Origin: Eledone cirrhosa
Taxonomy: Eukaryota
Assembly: GCA_964016885.1 (NCBI GenBank)
Contig: OZ024742.1
Span: forward strand, 276,086,001-276,150,000
DNA length: 64,000 nt
Direction: 5' to 3'
Shown one piece after another: positions 24,171-37,705 of the stretch; the stretch's first letter is position 1; every line of letters begins with the position of its first letter. The notes under the pieces were generated by a model. It did not search any database. It saw only the letters and a program-made list of their open reading frames with translations, and was not told where the DNA came from. A program made the position numbers and the translations under genes.

Positions 24171-25729
24171 AATCCTATATTTAGCAGTTAATTTAACGCT
24201 ACTTGCTCTCTCTCTCTCTATATATATATATGTATGTGTATATATATATATATATATATCTGTATTTCATAATCAGTTGTATTATTAATGGTGGTCTGTC
24301 TGCTTTGTATTAATCAACAAACGTCATCTCAATCTTGAAACTGATACCACTCCACGCTATTTCGAGACAATTTCACTTGTTTTCATTCTTTCCGGTTCTG
24401 GATCCGTTTGTCCACGTCTTGAGATTGGTCAGTTATTAAAAATAAACATAGCATGGCGCCAGTCATAGATTTTTACTCAAATACCGCATGGCAGCAGTCG
24501 ACAGTATATCTTATTGACTATGGAAGGAGCTTCCGGTTACAATATTTTTCCATTTGCAAAACGGACATTTGAAGATTTGCGTTGGAAAACTCCTACGTGT
24601 TCAACTTTCCTCGGGGTGTAAATAGATACATTTTCATGAAATCTGTGTTAATATGGAAATTTGATAAAGTGGATTATATGTCTAGTATCTTGTAATAAAT
24701 AAAAAAAAAAAAAAAAAAGAACGAACTGGTCGTTATATCAGATCAATGAAACAATGTTTCCATTGATCTTTCCATTGATGATACTATCTGCCGGTTGCGG
24801 AAGGAGCAATGTGAAAAAGTATTTTTTCAAGAACACAACGCGCCTGTAATTAAAGATGTGAATGATAAAAAAAAGGGCTAAAAATATGTAGTATAAACAT
24901 TTCTTTCTTTCGATTATTATTATTAATTACCATATAACAGTCTCCTTCAAGAATGAGGAAGAAAAACGCAGCATAACAATAGTGCCCAGAACATTTCCTT
25001 TGGAGCCGCTGCGGCCGAGTCTGTTTGTCCTATATCGATACACCAACCACAAATGAGCCTGCAATAGACGGAGACAGACTCGCCACCTTCATCAATCTTC
25101 GTTAGCGACGTCAAGGCATGATGATGATTACAGCAATATAAGAGATTAATTGTAGCAGGGGTTCCGTAGGAAAATTCATTTAAATAAAATGGTAGTGAAA
25201 AGGTTAGAAAACACTGTCTAATAGGATTTTGCCATATAATTAACTGATACTAACGTATCCAGTCTGCTTTATTACACTACGGATGCGAATTCTGAATGAA
25301 TCTTCTTACTGCTGCTTGCACTTTATGGTCCCAGATATTATTAGCTTCGAAAGTGTAAGGTGTAATAGATCGGAGAAGGGAGGACCTCCTGTAGTTCTCT
25401 TATACAAACAAAAAAAGAAAGAAAAAAAGAAGGCAAAAACGTTAGGAAATGTAAACCTTCCATCATAATATGATATAAGAACCTTTCGTTAAGTTGTTTC
25501 CAAACATCAATCAGTATCGCTTCTCCTCTCTCGTTCCCTTCACCACATTTTGTTTGCTATAAGATCAAAAGGTTGTATCCGTCTTTATCAGCTGTATTAT
25601 ATCTGATTCAGTCCCTCTAGGAAGTGGGGTGATGAAGCAGAGGGGCCACAGATAAAGAGAGATGGAAAGGGAAAGTTTAGATGTGGAGAAGAAAAGGTAG
25701 GAGGAAGAAAAAACAAAAGAGTGTTGGAA

Positions 25730-26105
25730 TGGGAATAGCAGAATCGTTAGAGCGTCGGACTAGCATGCCGGATAGAATGCTTTGAGTTATTTGTTTTGGT
25801 TCTTTACGTCCTGAGTTCAAATCCCAGCGAGGACAATTTGCTTTTTATCGTTTTATCGTTTTGAAGTCAATAAAATAAAGCACCGGTCAAGTATTGGAAT
25901 CGATTTAACCAATTTCCCCTATCCCCACAAAAATTGCTGACCTTGTGTCTAAAGTAGAAACCACTATTAGTGGAGTGGTAGTATGGCAGAATCGTTAGGG
26001 CGTCGGATAAAACACCTTGTGGCATTTGTTCTGGTTATTTAAGTTCTGAGTTTGAATTCTATTGAGGTCAATTTTACTTTTCAGGGTTGATATAAAGTAC
26101 CAGTC
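25730..26105 (+). mobile_element. Two tandem tRNA-derived SINEs
   Basis: GCAGAATCGTTAG.GCGTCGGA ... GAGTT(C/T).AAT boxes occur twice, with Deu/Nin-like bodies. Confidence 0.75.
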
Positions 26106-26459
26106 ATATATGTAATCGTCTTTACCCGCATCACCTCCTTAAAAGGTGTGTGAAGTACTGTGTCTATGTTAGTAAAGATTATTATCTTTCTTGAATTCTT
26201 ATTCTTGTCATTTCCAATTAAATATTCAGATGTTAATATCAAACAAATGCCCCCCCCCCCATACATATTTACAGGAATTATCTCTTCCTGTACACCATTT
26301 CTGCTTCTTAAACGAGTTGTTATGGCTTACACCTGCTGTGAGTTTAGCTGGCTTCCTATAAGGAAACTTCTTTGCTGTTCGTATCATATCTAGTTATCCT
26401 TAGACAAATGTGCTGTTCTTGTTACAGTAGGTTTATTCCAAGACGTGTGTGTGTGTAAG

Positions 26460-26505
<46 letters not shown>

Positions 26506-26649
26506 CAAAGATTAATATGGTTCATTGATTACTCAATGAATACAGTTTTACAATAGATTAAAAGCACTCAACAAGAAAGTTTTCCTGGAGTTTTTAATAT
26601 TATTCAAAATATTAACAAATGAAGATATTCACATAATCAAAATATATGC

Positions 26650-26709
26650 TTTATTATATATATTTCAAAGGTACTGTGTTGTTTTTTCAGTACGTCCTCG
26701 TCAGATAAA
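26650..26709 (-). ncRNA. Minimal hammerhead ribozyme at the 3' end of the Penelope-like element
   Basis: Reverse complement reads TTTAT-CTGACGA-GGACGTACTG ... CAGTACCTTT-GAA-ATATATAT-A^ATAAA. Confidence 0.85.
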
Positions 26710-28526
26710 ATATATGATTTGATATATGACATACCTCTACGGTCTTGATAGTTCAATTCCTGTATTGGCAGTGATTTATTTCATCAAATCTCAACATTTA
26801 TATACCACAAATAATAATATGATAAACTTAAAGAAGAAAAGGACGTGGAGCGAATTAAAGGGTGTAAAGAGGAGGAAAGGCAAGAAAAAAAATAAATATA
26901 TACATAAATATCTAAAAATAAATAAATGGATGGATGAATAGAGGAAGAAATACATAAAAAAAAGAAAAAAGAAGAAAGAAGAAATAACAACAAAAGAAAG
27001 GGAATGTGTTTGGAAAGGAAAAGGAAGAGGAGAGTAAATAAAAATAAAGGAGCATCAAATATAGGGGGATAGATAGAAAAAAACCATTGTTTTCAAATAT
27101 TAGGTCAATTGAGGCAACCAATCAATTACCATAAACCATTAAATATCTCTTGTATTTGATTATGCTTAAGCTAATTATACTTATATATTATATCAAAATT
27201 AATCAATATACATTACTTTTTATAGCCGTTACACATTTAGTTTAATTAAAAATTTATATAATTTAATTTAACTCATTATAGATTATAATTTTTGGTTTAG
27301 GTAATATATTCCATAAGTATTTTGTTACAACTTTAAAAAAAGTTATCTTTAAAGCATATTTAAATAATTATTAAACATGTATTAAAATATATATTAAAAT
27401 ACATGCATATATCACCATCAATATATATATATATTAAGATCATTTATTATCCGAATTATTTTATTTAATTAGGATATTCTCTTTATAAAATCATTTCTAT
27501 TCTTTAATTATCATTTAATTATAGGATTAAATTGCAGTTATATTTACTCTCAAAAGTTTTATTTCGTTAATTTATATTTACTTCTGTAATTACTTATTAT
27601 TATAGTTTCCTTTTAAAGATATTCTTATATTATTAAACTATATAATTCATGTCAAATATAATTTAGCAAGCTATTCAAACAGAATAAAAGTATTTACGAA
27701 GAATGTAAACAAAAGGAAGATAACTCATTCGCCATATGTGAACATTTAAACTATGTATCTACTCTGAAATCTAGTGATATTTCAAAACCATAAATCAACA
27801 ATTGTCTAGTTAAATATTGAACTGTCCTAATCAAAACATGGGATACTGAGACTCTTAATGAAATTATTCTAATAGATAAAACATCAATAAATTATTACCC
27901 TAGTAAGGCAAAAATTATATATTTTTAAAATTATTAATTGTCAATATTTTTTCGAAACTTGTACAATGCCTGAAATGTTTTACCGATTTTATGTTGGCAG
28001 CTGCTGAATAATTCATTTTTCTTGTTAATTAAATTGTCATAATTTGTAATTATCAATAGAGTCTCAAGATTGCAAAGATTGCAATTTAGCGAAATGGATG
28101 CGTTCCGATAGGAATTGGCATTCTTTAACCGAGTCCAAGAGATGGAGTATTTAATATTCTTGTCCTTTAAAGATCATATTAATTGTGAGAGTGAGGTTGA
28201 AATCTTTTTATCTGGTTTAGAAAAGGAATGTTTATGATTGTACCAACGACCTTAAATTTATATGAAGTGGTACCAATGTAGTTATATATATTATTATTTG
28301 TCTTAATGGTACATTTATATACTAGATTCTTGTCGAGGCAGTTATTTTGTAAGGGACATTCTGACTTCCTTCTACAGTTACATTTCTTCTCGATGTTATT
28401 TCTATACTCTAAACTATTCATATTATTATTATTATTTAAAGGTGTTCTACTATTATTCGTATTTAAACTATTATTATTGTTGTTATTCCCATTAACTAAT
28501 GTATTATTATTATTATTATTGTTATT

Positions 28527-28717
28527 AGTGGCGGTGGTTTGTCAGTATCGGTGGAGGGTCGGACGCCATGCTTTGCAGTACAGAGTTACGGCCCTTTGTG
28601 ATCTGAGTTCAAATCCCGCCAAGATTAACTTTGCCTTTCATCCTTACGGGATCGATAAAATAAAGTACCAGTAATGTACTGGATAATTGTTGGCCTTGTG
28701 CCAAAAGTAGAAACAAT
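28527..28717 (+). mobile_element. tRNA-derived SINE nested in the Penelope-like element
   Basis: Near-identical to 11670-11855 and inserted in an (ATT)n tract. Confidence 0.85.
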
Positions 28718-29765
28718 TATTATTGTTATTATCGCTAATTATATGTTGGTTCAAATTAAGATGTTTACTATTTATTTTTGCTATATTTTGAGCAATATTT
28801 ATGTGATCTAGGGAAGTATTTATCCAAGGCTTTAAAAAATAAGTGTGTTAAAGGTGTTTTAATAGCTAAAGATGCTGGCGAAGCATACCAAATTATAGAT
28901 CTAGTTCTTATTTTTTTCCCCGATTTATTCCTCACGTTATTGTTTTTATAGTCCTTATTATTATTATTATTATTATTATTATGAATACTGTGATTATAAT
29001 TAATATTATTTTCAGTATTTTTTTCTATATACTCAATATTATTGTTATATCCAGCCGTAACGCTTCATTATAATATACGGCTTTACTATTAAATATGGAT
29101 CTATTAGCAGAGTCTGGATATTCGTTGTTGCACACTGTTAACTATTGCATTCTTAACACTTTTAGGATGATTAGAATAAAAACTAACATAATTTAAGTTC
29201 TCATTGAGTTTTTGGAAAGGATAATAAAGGCCTGAGTTCAAATTAAGAGTTACATCTAAAAAAATTAACTATTTTATTGTTATTTTCTACTTCTAATTTC
29301 GGGTCGTAATTTTAAAAAAATTCTATAATTACTTTCTTTACTCTATTTAATTCGCTATTATTATGTTTTTCTACAATAAATAATATGTCGTCTCTATATA
29401 AACCACCGGTAATCTCCGGCAGTTTTCTATTTATCATGTTAAGGATGAAAATTCCCACAAGATCGGTAACTTGCGCTGAATCAGACGAGCCCATAGTAAT
29501 GTCAAAGTTCTTCTGCCTATCCGATCTAGTCCAAAGATCATTATTAAAATCTATCTTGCTGTTAAAATAATATTTATCTCATCACTAGATAGATCCGAGT
29601 GTTTATATAAATATGATAGCACCTTATTTAGTAGGTTAGGAGTTATCGAGGAATAATAACTCGCTATGTCCATTTGAATGAACTTATGATTATTTTTATT
29701 TTCGATATTATTGAACCAATCTATGACTTCACTTGTGCCCTTCCATAGATTTAGCCTTGACCTCA

Positions 29766-29835
<70 letters not shown>

Positions 29836-29977
29836 ATATATAGAGAAAGGGGGAGAGAGAGAGACCGATAGTTGAAACATATCGTAGTAAACATTTGTCT
29901 TTTAAATACTTGTCATTGTTGTCATAACTTTTCAACCCTTTTTGCTTATATTTCCATTTTTCAACATTTCATGTCTG

Positions 29978-30245
29978 GTGTGAAATGTAATCTTGTTACA
30001 GAAATAGGGACTACATCATGTGTGTGGAATTGTAAACTATGTGAAACTGTAGGTCTGGTTACAAAAATAAGGACCACATTTTGTATGAAACTGGTGACCT
30101 TGTTACAGAAATAGGGACCACATTCTGTGTAGGGAACTGTTTGACCTAAAAATAGGAACCCCACTTCTGTGTTAAACTGGTGACCTTGTTACAGAAATAG
30201 AGACCCCATATTCTATGTGTGAAACTGATAACTTTGTTATAGAAA
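29978..30245. repeat. ~44-bp minisatellite (about 6 units)
   Basis: Unit GTGACCTTGTTACAGAAATAGGGACCACATTCTGTGTGAAACTG. Further degenerate units at ~34530-34605. Confidence 0.8.
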
Positions 30246-30619
30246 TGTAAAATAAAATAAACCTGTTGTGAGCTACGAAACTCAGAATTTGTCAATCCCT
30301 TATTATTGGCTAGACCGCTTGCCCGCTCCTCTGTGAAATGTAATGTACAATGCTATTTTTTTCTCTTCTCTCCATCTTCCCCCGGTCCATTCATCTATCT
30401 ATATCATCGTCCAGAATCCAATCTTTGCTTCTTTTTCAATGTTATTCTATAATTCTGTCTGATTGTTCAAAATAATCTTCTTGTATTTTAAAATCACATA
30501 ATTCTTCTCTTATTACTGTTATAAGCTTGTTCAATTATGCCCCAAAATCGAGGATTTTATTTAAACTTCGCTAACTACCCCATACCTCTCCCACCCGCCA
30601 CCACTCGCCACCATTATTA

Positions 30620-33600
30620 CTTGATCCAATCGTAAGTCAGCGGCCTATGCTATCACTTCTTAAGTTTAGACCTGGTTGCCTTTCGATATGATGGATGGAC
30701 TACGAAATTCTGGAGAGTCTGAAAAATCTGGACTCTCAAGGACAATGCCAAAGATAAAGACAAATTCACCTCATGCTGCCGGACGAGAATGCAAGGACTC
30801 CTCTTCTTTATTTCGGCCGCGGATGGCCAATATAACCCCATCTCCCTCACCCCTCCCTGCACCCCACCAAACGCAATCCAAAACTTCAGAGTTGGTACCA
30901 TGAATGTAGGCACCTTAAAAGGTCACTCTAACGAGGTTGTAGAAATGCTTGAATGTAAGGAGGTTGATGTTTGCTGTATCCAAGAGATTAGGTGGAGGGG
31001 TGGGTCTACTAGATTCATTGTGGGTAAAAAATGATGCTATAAGCTTTTCTGGGTGGGAAATGACAATGGGCTGGGTGGAGTAGGAATCATGCTAGCAGAA
31101 AAATGGGCAGATAAGATAATAGACGTAAATAGAGTGAACGACAAAATAATTAAAATAAGGCTTGTCCTAAATAGAACAACTGTGACAATAATATCTGCAT
31201 ACGCACCCCAATCCGACCTGCCTGGCGTTATAAAAGACAGATTCTATGAGTCATTAATGCCCACTACCTCCCAAATAACCGACAGTGGCTACATAATTAT
31301 TGCTGGCGACCTAAATGGTCATGTTGGACAACATTGTGACGGCTATGACGGAATCCATGGAGGCTATGGGTTTGGTACTAGAAATGAGGAAGGCTCCAGA
31401 ATCCTGGAATTCTGTGATGCAAATAACCTAACTATCTGTAACACTAACTTCAAAAAACGAGACAATCACTTGATCACCTATAGATCAGGGGAACACGCCA
31501 GTCAGATAGATCATATCCTTACCAGAAGACGTAAACACTAAATCCCTCCCCCATGAAGACTGCACCTCCCAACATAGACTCATAGTTAGCAACCTCATAG
31601 TCAAGACGAGACGTTCTCGACAACAGAAGAGGACTATCCTCAGGAGAAAAATATGGAAGCTAAAGGAACCCACAGCCAGTAATAAATTTAAAAGCATATT
31701 ACTTGATGCTTTCGACAGTAAGGAAGAGCAATTAGAGTCGTACAATATAGAGGAACAGTGGGAATTCCTGAAAGCTAACCTGCTGAAGGCGACAGATGAA
31801 ATCTGTGGCTGGAGCAGACCTATAGGCAGGAGGAGAGTAACGTGGTGGTGGAACAGTAAGGTGGAGGAGTCAATCAAGGCCAAAAAGCAGGCTTGGAAAG
31901 TATGGCGGGATGGGGGAAGTAGAGAAGACTATCAAGTGGCCAGGAGAGAAGCTAGGAGACAAGTGTACTTCGCAAGAAGGGAAGCAGAAGAAAGAAAGTT
32001 CAAGCATGTTCTACAACGCGAGAACCAAAACCGTGAGGTGTTCAGGATTGCTAGGCAATGTGTCAAGGAAAACCGTGATATTGTCGAGGAGAAGTGTGTC
32101 CTTAACGATGATGGTATACTTGCCATCACTGACACTGATAAGAAGGTAGCTTGGAAGTGTCACTATGAAAGGCTACTAAATGAGGAGAATAAATGGGAGA
32201 AAGACAGTCTCCCCCACATCGATCCAATAGAGGGACCAGCAGTGCAAGTTGAAGGTAGTATAATAAGTAAGGCAATCAAAGATATGAAGACAGGTAAGGC
32301 GGCTGGGCCTTCGGAAATAGTTGCTGAAATGCTGAAAGCATCTGGAACGGTGGGACACATTATGGTCCCCCGGATAGTAAACCAAGTCATACAGAATGGG
32401 GTCGTACCGAAGGACTGGCGTAGCAGCATCATCATTAACTGCTACAAGGGTAAAGGAGATGCCCTAGATAGGGGAAACTATAGAGGCATTAAATTAATTG
32501 ACCAGGTCATGAAGGTCACAGAAAAAGTAATAGCGCAACTAATCAGAGAGCGAATTGATCTAGATGAAATGCAGTTCAGGTTTGTACAGGAGAAGTACCT
32601 AGCTAAAAGTAAACTCCTATACTTAGCTTTTGTTGACTTGGAGAAAGCCTTTGACAGAGTCCCACGCCCCATTATCTGGTGGGCTCTCAGAAAACTAGGT
32701 GTTGATGAATGGCTTGTGAGAGCTATACAAGCCATGTATAAAGAAACAGTCAGCAAGGTTAGAATTAACAACGAATATAGTGAAGAGTTTAGCGTAAAAG
32801 TTGGTGTTCATCAGGGCTCTGTCCTTAGCTCCCTCCTATTTATTATTGCCCTTCAGGCTATAACAGATGAGTTCAAGACCGGCTGCCCATGGGAACTCCT
32901 ATACGCTGATGATCTAACGCTTATAGCTGAATCAATGGCTGAACTAGAGAAGAAATTCCAAACATGGAAGCATGGCCTAGAATCAAAAGGCCTTAAAATT
33001 AACCTTTCTAAGACTAAAGTTCTAGTATGTAGAAAGGAAAATAGGGCACTGGTCCCATCTGGGAAATGGCCATGCTCAGTGTGTAGGAAAGGAGTAGGCA
33101 GAAACTCCATTTTATGTCCCAAATGCAAAGTATGGGTGCATAAAAGATGTAGTGGGATCACAGGTAAGCTAACTAAGAATATAGATTTTATATGTGGCCG
33201 GTGCTCAGGCGCAATAAGTAGCAGCAAGTGCCCACAGAATACTAGCTCATTCCATTGCACAGATGGTTTTATAGAAATAGTGGACATCTTCCATTACCTG
33301 GGTGACAAAATCAGCAGTGGTGGAGGGTGCTCTGAAAGTACAGTAGCTAGAGTCAGAACGGGATGGAAAAAGTTCAGAGAGCTTATACCACTATTGGCCG
33401 CTAAAGGTTTCTCTCTAAAAATGAAAGGCAGGCTGTATAATGCCTGCATACGAACAGCAATGTTACATGGCAGTGAGACTTGGGCATTGTGTGCAGAGGA
33501 TCTACGCAGACTGGAGAGGAACGAAGCTTGCATGCTCCGTTGGATGTGTAATAGTAATATACGTGAACTGCAAAGCATAAATGAATTAAGTGAGAAATTA

Positions 33601-34245
33601 GGAATAAGAGGGATCAGATGCTTTTTATTCGAGAGAAGACTACGTTGGGATGGTCACGTGATGCGCATGAAAGACGACAGCTGTATAAAAAAAGTGCAGG
33701 GCGATCAAAATAGACGGTAGCCACGGAGTAGGCAGACCCAGAAAAACCTGGGGCGCCTTGATAAATTCCGACCTTACACACTTACACCTCTCCAAGACAA
33801 TGTCACTGGACCGAGACCTTTGGCGCTACACAGTAATACAGAAGACCCGCCTTGCCTAAGTGCAAAGCGAAACCTAGTCAGTAGGCACCTCTTACCAAAA
33901 TACACCCCGTCCCACTACTCCCACCCCATCCACACCACCCCTTTCGATGTAAAGTTATGTTGGTACCACAACATCCAGCCCGAAACAAATGCGGTCGTGT
34001 AGGTGTCACGACAAAATAACACACAGTCCATGCTGTAATGTGGTCATGTAGGTAACACGGTAAAAACCTCCCTGTCCACACTGTAAACGTGGTTGGTGTT
34101 AGGAAGGGCATCCAGCCGTAGAAAACCCGCCAGACAGTCCTATACGAGTAAGACAACCAATCTTGCCTCAAGTGAGAAAATTCCTGTCCAAACCCATGCA
34201 AGCGTGGAAGATGGACGTATGATGATGATGATGATGATGATGATG
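30620..34245 (+). mobile_element. RTE-clade LINE copy 2, near full length, pseudogenised
   Basis: N-terminus MMDGLRNSG..., APE (RVGTMNVGTL, CCIQEIRW, GDLNGHVG), 619-aa RT + PHD ORF 31861-33720, 3' UTR and (GAT)n. Frameshifts and a deletion near 32580. The 5' boundary is uncertain. Confidence 0.95.
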
Positions 34246-34255
34246 AAGGTATTTG

Positions 34256-34505
34256 GCCGAGTGTGGTTAGGGTGTTTGGTTCATAGTAGTAAGGTTGTAG
34301 GTTTGATTCCTGGATCAGCCGTGCATTATGTCACATTGCTCTAGTCCACTCAGCTGAAAATATTAATATCAGCAGCAGCTGAAGTGGTAACTTGTGATTG
34401 ATTGGTGCCTTGTCCAGTGAGGGAGTTTTGTACTCAAAGTCATGTCAATTAAAACCGGGATAAACTATGGTTTCATGAGCCTCTGGGCTTGGGACACACT
34501 TTAAC
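34256..34505 (+). mobile_element. tRNA-derived SINE (CORE/Meta-like), decayed
   Basis: tRNA head with GGTTTGATTCC. Aligns with the reverse complement of 45100-45360. Confidence 0.65.
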
Positions 34506-35109
34506 ATTTTTAATCTTCTGTATATGCAGCAACTGACCTTGTCGCAAAAATAGGGACTACATTCTGTCTGTGAAAGTGTGGGTCAAGCCACAGAAATCGA
34601 GACCAATGGTAGTAAAGTATTGACCAGTGTTAAATGCACATGTCTGAAGAACTAACCCCTTTTACAAATAGAAGATGATGTTGAAGAAGCCTGTATATGT
34701 GTGTGTTTAAATATGTGCACATATATGTGTGTATGTCTGAATGTGTATAATATATATATGTATACTCTAGCCCATGCTGGCATGGAAAAATGGACATGAA
34801 ACATCATAATGATTTATGTGTGTGTGTTTGAATATAGGCCAGACTTACACACATAACTAACTGATGTGTTTATCTTTATGTCATCAGTTTACAGTTTACA
34901 CAAGTTTCTCTCCAAGCATAAGGAAATATTCTTAGAGAATATTCTAGCAATGTATTCAATTGATGCTGACCAACAATGCTGTTACTATGGCAGCTGACAT
35001 AAGATGCTTTTTAAGACTTCCATGCTCATATATGGTCATGCAAAATGGTAGTGTGATTTGGGTGTGGAGTTTAAACAAGTGAAAATTGACCTTATCAATG
35101 AGAACTTAT

Positions 35110-35278
35110 ATAACAGCAATGGGATAGTCTGTTATTCCTTACATAAACAGGAATGAGATATTCTGGTGCTCCCTATATAAACAGTAATGAGCTACTTCTG
35201 TTATTCCTTATATAACAGAAAGAGGTATTCCGTTATTCTTTACATAAGTGAATAGGGTATTCTATTATTCCTTCATAA
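35110..35278. repeat. ~35-bp degenerate minisatellite
   Basis: ATAAACAG.AATGAG.TATTCTGTTATTCCTTA repeated about 5 times. Confidence 0.6.
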
Positions 35279-36302
35279 CAAGTGTTTACAGCCATTTCCC
35301 TTGCTAAAGCAGGAGTCAACCTTGTGAACCCCATGGTAAGCTTCTCTGTTTTGCCTAATCCTCTGCATCCTCCCTTCACTAATTTTCATTTCCTCTTCCA
35401 CCATCATTAGGCATGTCTTACTTCATCTTCTGTTTCCTCTAATTCATTCCACATTCATTTCCATCACTCCTCTCCCTTAGTCACTTTCATCCTTTCTCAA
35501 CACATGACCCAGCGATCTCATTCCATTTCTATTCCCATCATCCTCTGGTATTCATTGTCTCATCCATCTTTTCCAGCCTTATGGCACTTCTAACATACGA
35601 AGCATACACATTTCTGTCCAGTTGTAGTGACACTACCTTCCTCATTAATACACTACTCAGTTCCTGGGAACGTCTTCCATGCAAATCTCACTCTGCATTC
35701 AACATGTCTCCTAGGTAACAAACTATTTTCACACCTTCCATCTTTACACCATTCCCAAGATCCAGGTGAACATCTACTGTCTGCAGCTCCCCCTCCTCCA
35801 AACACACTTTACACTTGAATGTAGCTGTCATATTATCCAATAAATATATACTATATATACTATGTCTGAGAGAGGTACACCACTACACTTTCAGTGTACC
35901 TATCCAAGACATATCAAACATCTAATGGAGTTCATATCAGTATATGATTTAATCCCCTATTAATCCTTCCATTACCTTTGAAATGACTTAAAAGAAATTA
36001 AATACAAGACCCATAAATAGGATTAGCATAGTTTAACTAATTTAAGAATTTTTCTGTATTTGTAGGTATTATAATACAATTTGTTTTATATTTCTAACAT
36101 TTTATAATAAAGTTTCTATTGGTTTTAATCATTGGACTGTAACCATGCTGGGACACTACATTCAACCATTTTTAATCAATTATATTCCTACAGACACCAG
36201 TACTTGGTCTGGTATTTTATTGATATTTATCAGATGGTTATGGTTTCCTTCTGCCGCAGAGGTATGTAATTTGATGTAACTCTGTACTGCAAGGGAGTAG
36301 GG

Positions 36303-37140
36303 CAGCTACCACATGTGGCACAGGTCCTCACAGACTTGTGGTCCCTTTCAACAGCTGTAGTGACAGAGTAGCTATCACATGTGGCACAGGTCCTCACAGA
36401 CTTGTGGTCACTTTCAACAGCTGTAGTGACAGAGTAGCTATCACATGAGGCACAGGTCCTCACAGACTTGTGGTCACTTTCAACAACTGTAGTGACACAG
36501 TAGCTATCACATGTGGCACAGGTCCTCAGACTTGTGGTCACTTTCAACAACTGTAGTGACACAGTAGCTATCACATGTGGCACAGATCCTCAGACTTGTG
36601 GTCACTTTCAACAACTGTATTGACAGAGTAGCTATCACATGTGGCACAAGTCCTCAGACTTGTGGTCACTTTCAACAACTGTAGTGGCAGAGTAGCTATC
36701 ACATGTGGCACAGGTCCTCACAGACTTGTGGTCACTTTCAACTCCTGTAGTGACAGAATAGCTATCACATGTGGCACAGGTCCTCACAGATATGTGGTCA
36801 CTTTCAACTCCTGTAGTGACAGAATAGCAATCACATGTGACACAGGTCCTCACAGACTTGTGGTCACTTTCAACTCCTCTAGTGACAGGGTAGCTATCAC
36901 ATGTGGCACAGGTCCTCACAGGTTCGTGGTCTCTTTCAACTCCTGTAATGACATAGTAGCTATCACATGTGGCACAGGTCCTCACAGACTTGTGGTCACT
37001 TTCAACTCCTGTAGTGACATAGTAGCTATCACATGTGGCACAGGTCCTCACAGACTTGTGGTCACTTTCAACTCCTCTAGTGACAGGGTAGCAATCACAT
37101 GTGGCACAGGTCCTCACAGACATGTGGTCGCTTTCAACTA
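36303..37140. repeat. 66-bp minisatellite (about 13 units; some 64-bp units)
   Basis: Unit GTAGCTATCACATGTGGCACAGGTCCTCACAGACTTGTGGTCACTTTCAACTCCTGTAGTGACAGA; GTAGCTA at 36368 and 36434. Confidence 0.95.
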
Positions 37141-37439
37141 CAGTAAGTTGATGTCTGTAGCAAAAATGTAAGTATCTGACTAAAAAAAGGCTGTTCAGCA
37201 ATCCTTTTGCAATCACTGATATTATTAGAGAGAGAGAAATACATGTGCATTGCAGGCTATTGATGGAGGGCTAAGCAAGAACTTAGTAATTAATATACAG
37301 TTTTGGACACAACATGGATATTGATGTCATGTTTTTCAGGACCTTATGTGAGGGCTAAGCAAAACTCATTAGTTATATAGTCCTGAAGAGAACAAATCTG
37401 AATATCTGGAACAAACATCCAACTAAACAAAAAATATAG

Positions 37440-37581
37440 ATAAAATTCCGTTATAACGAATTTTTTTTCAATCCCTAACCACACACTCGATGTGTTAGAT
37501 CGATCTCGTTATTAAGAATTTTTCGTTACAACGAATTATTTTATACCCCGTGAATTTCGTTATAACGGAATTTCACTCTGT
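37440..37581. mobile_element. pogo/Tigger-like MITE
   Basis: TIRs AAATTCCGTTATAACGAA / TTCGTTATAACGGAATTT. A second copy lies at 42878-43035. Confidence 0.75.
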
Positions 37582-37705
37582 ACTTCGGTTAATTATTGGA
37601 AATTTCCAAGGTATTGTTGTTGTAGTGGTGGTGTGATAGTGGTTGCGTTGTGGTATTGATCTCGTCGTTATTTGGCAAAACAGAACCTACCATCATAACC
37701 ACTTA

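Larger units (their letters stand above)
26501..29768 (-). mobile_element. Decayed Penelope-like element (RT + GIY-YIG + long AT-rich 3' region + hammerhead) between (TA)n tracts
   Basis: ORFs 29551-29880 (LWK.TSEVIDWF ... FIQMDIASYYSSI), 29312-29494 (MGSSDSAQVTDLVG ... GLYRDD) and 28179-28421 (CNCRRKSECPL..NCL...LVYK ... YIGTT..FK). Confidence 0.88.

Noticed and set aside
36230-37216. Zinc-finger-like host gene from CxxC repeats
   Set aside because: Both strands are open because of the 66-bp period. The 64-bp units frameshift it, and the spacing does not fit C2H2.
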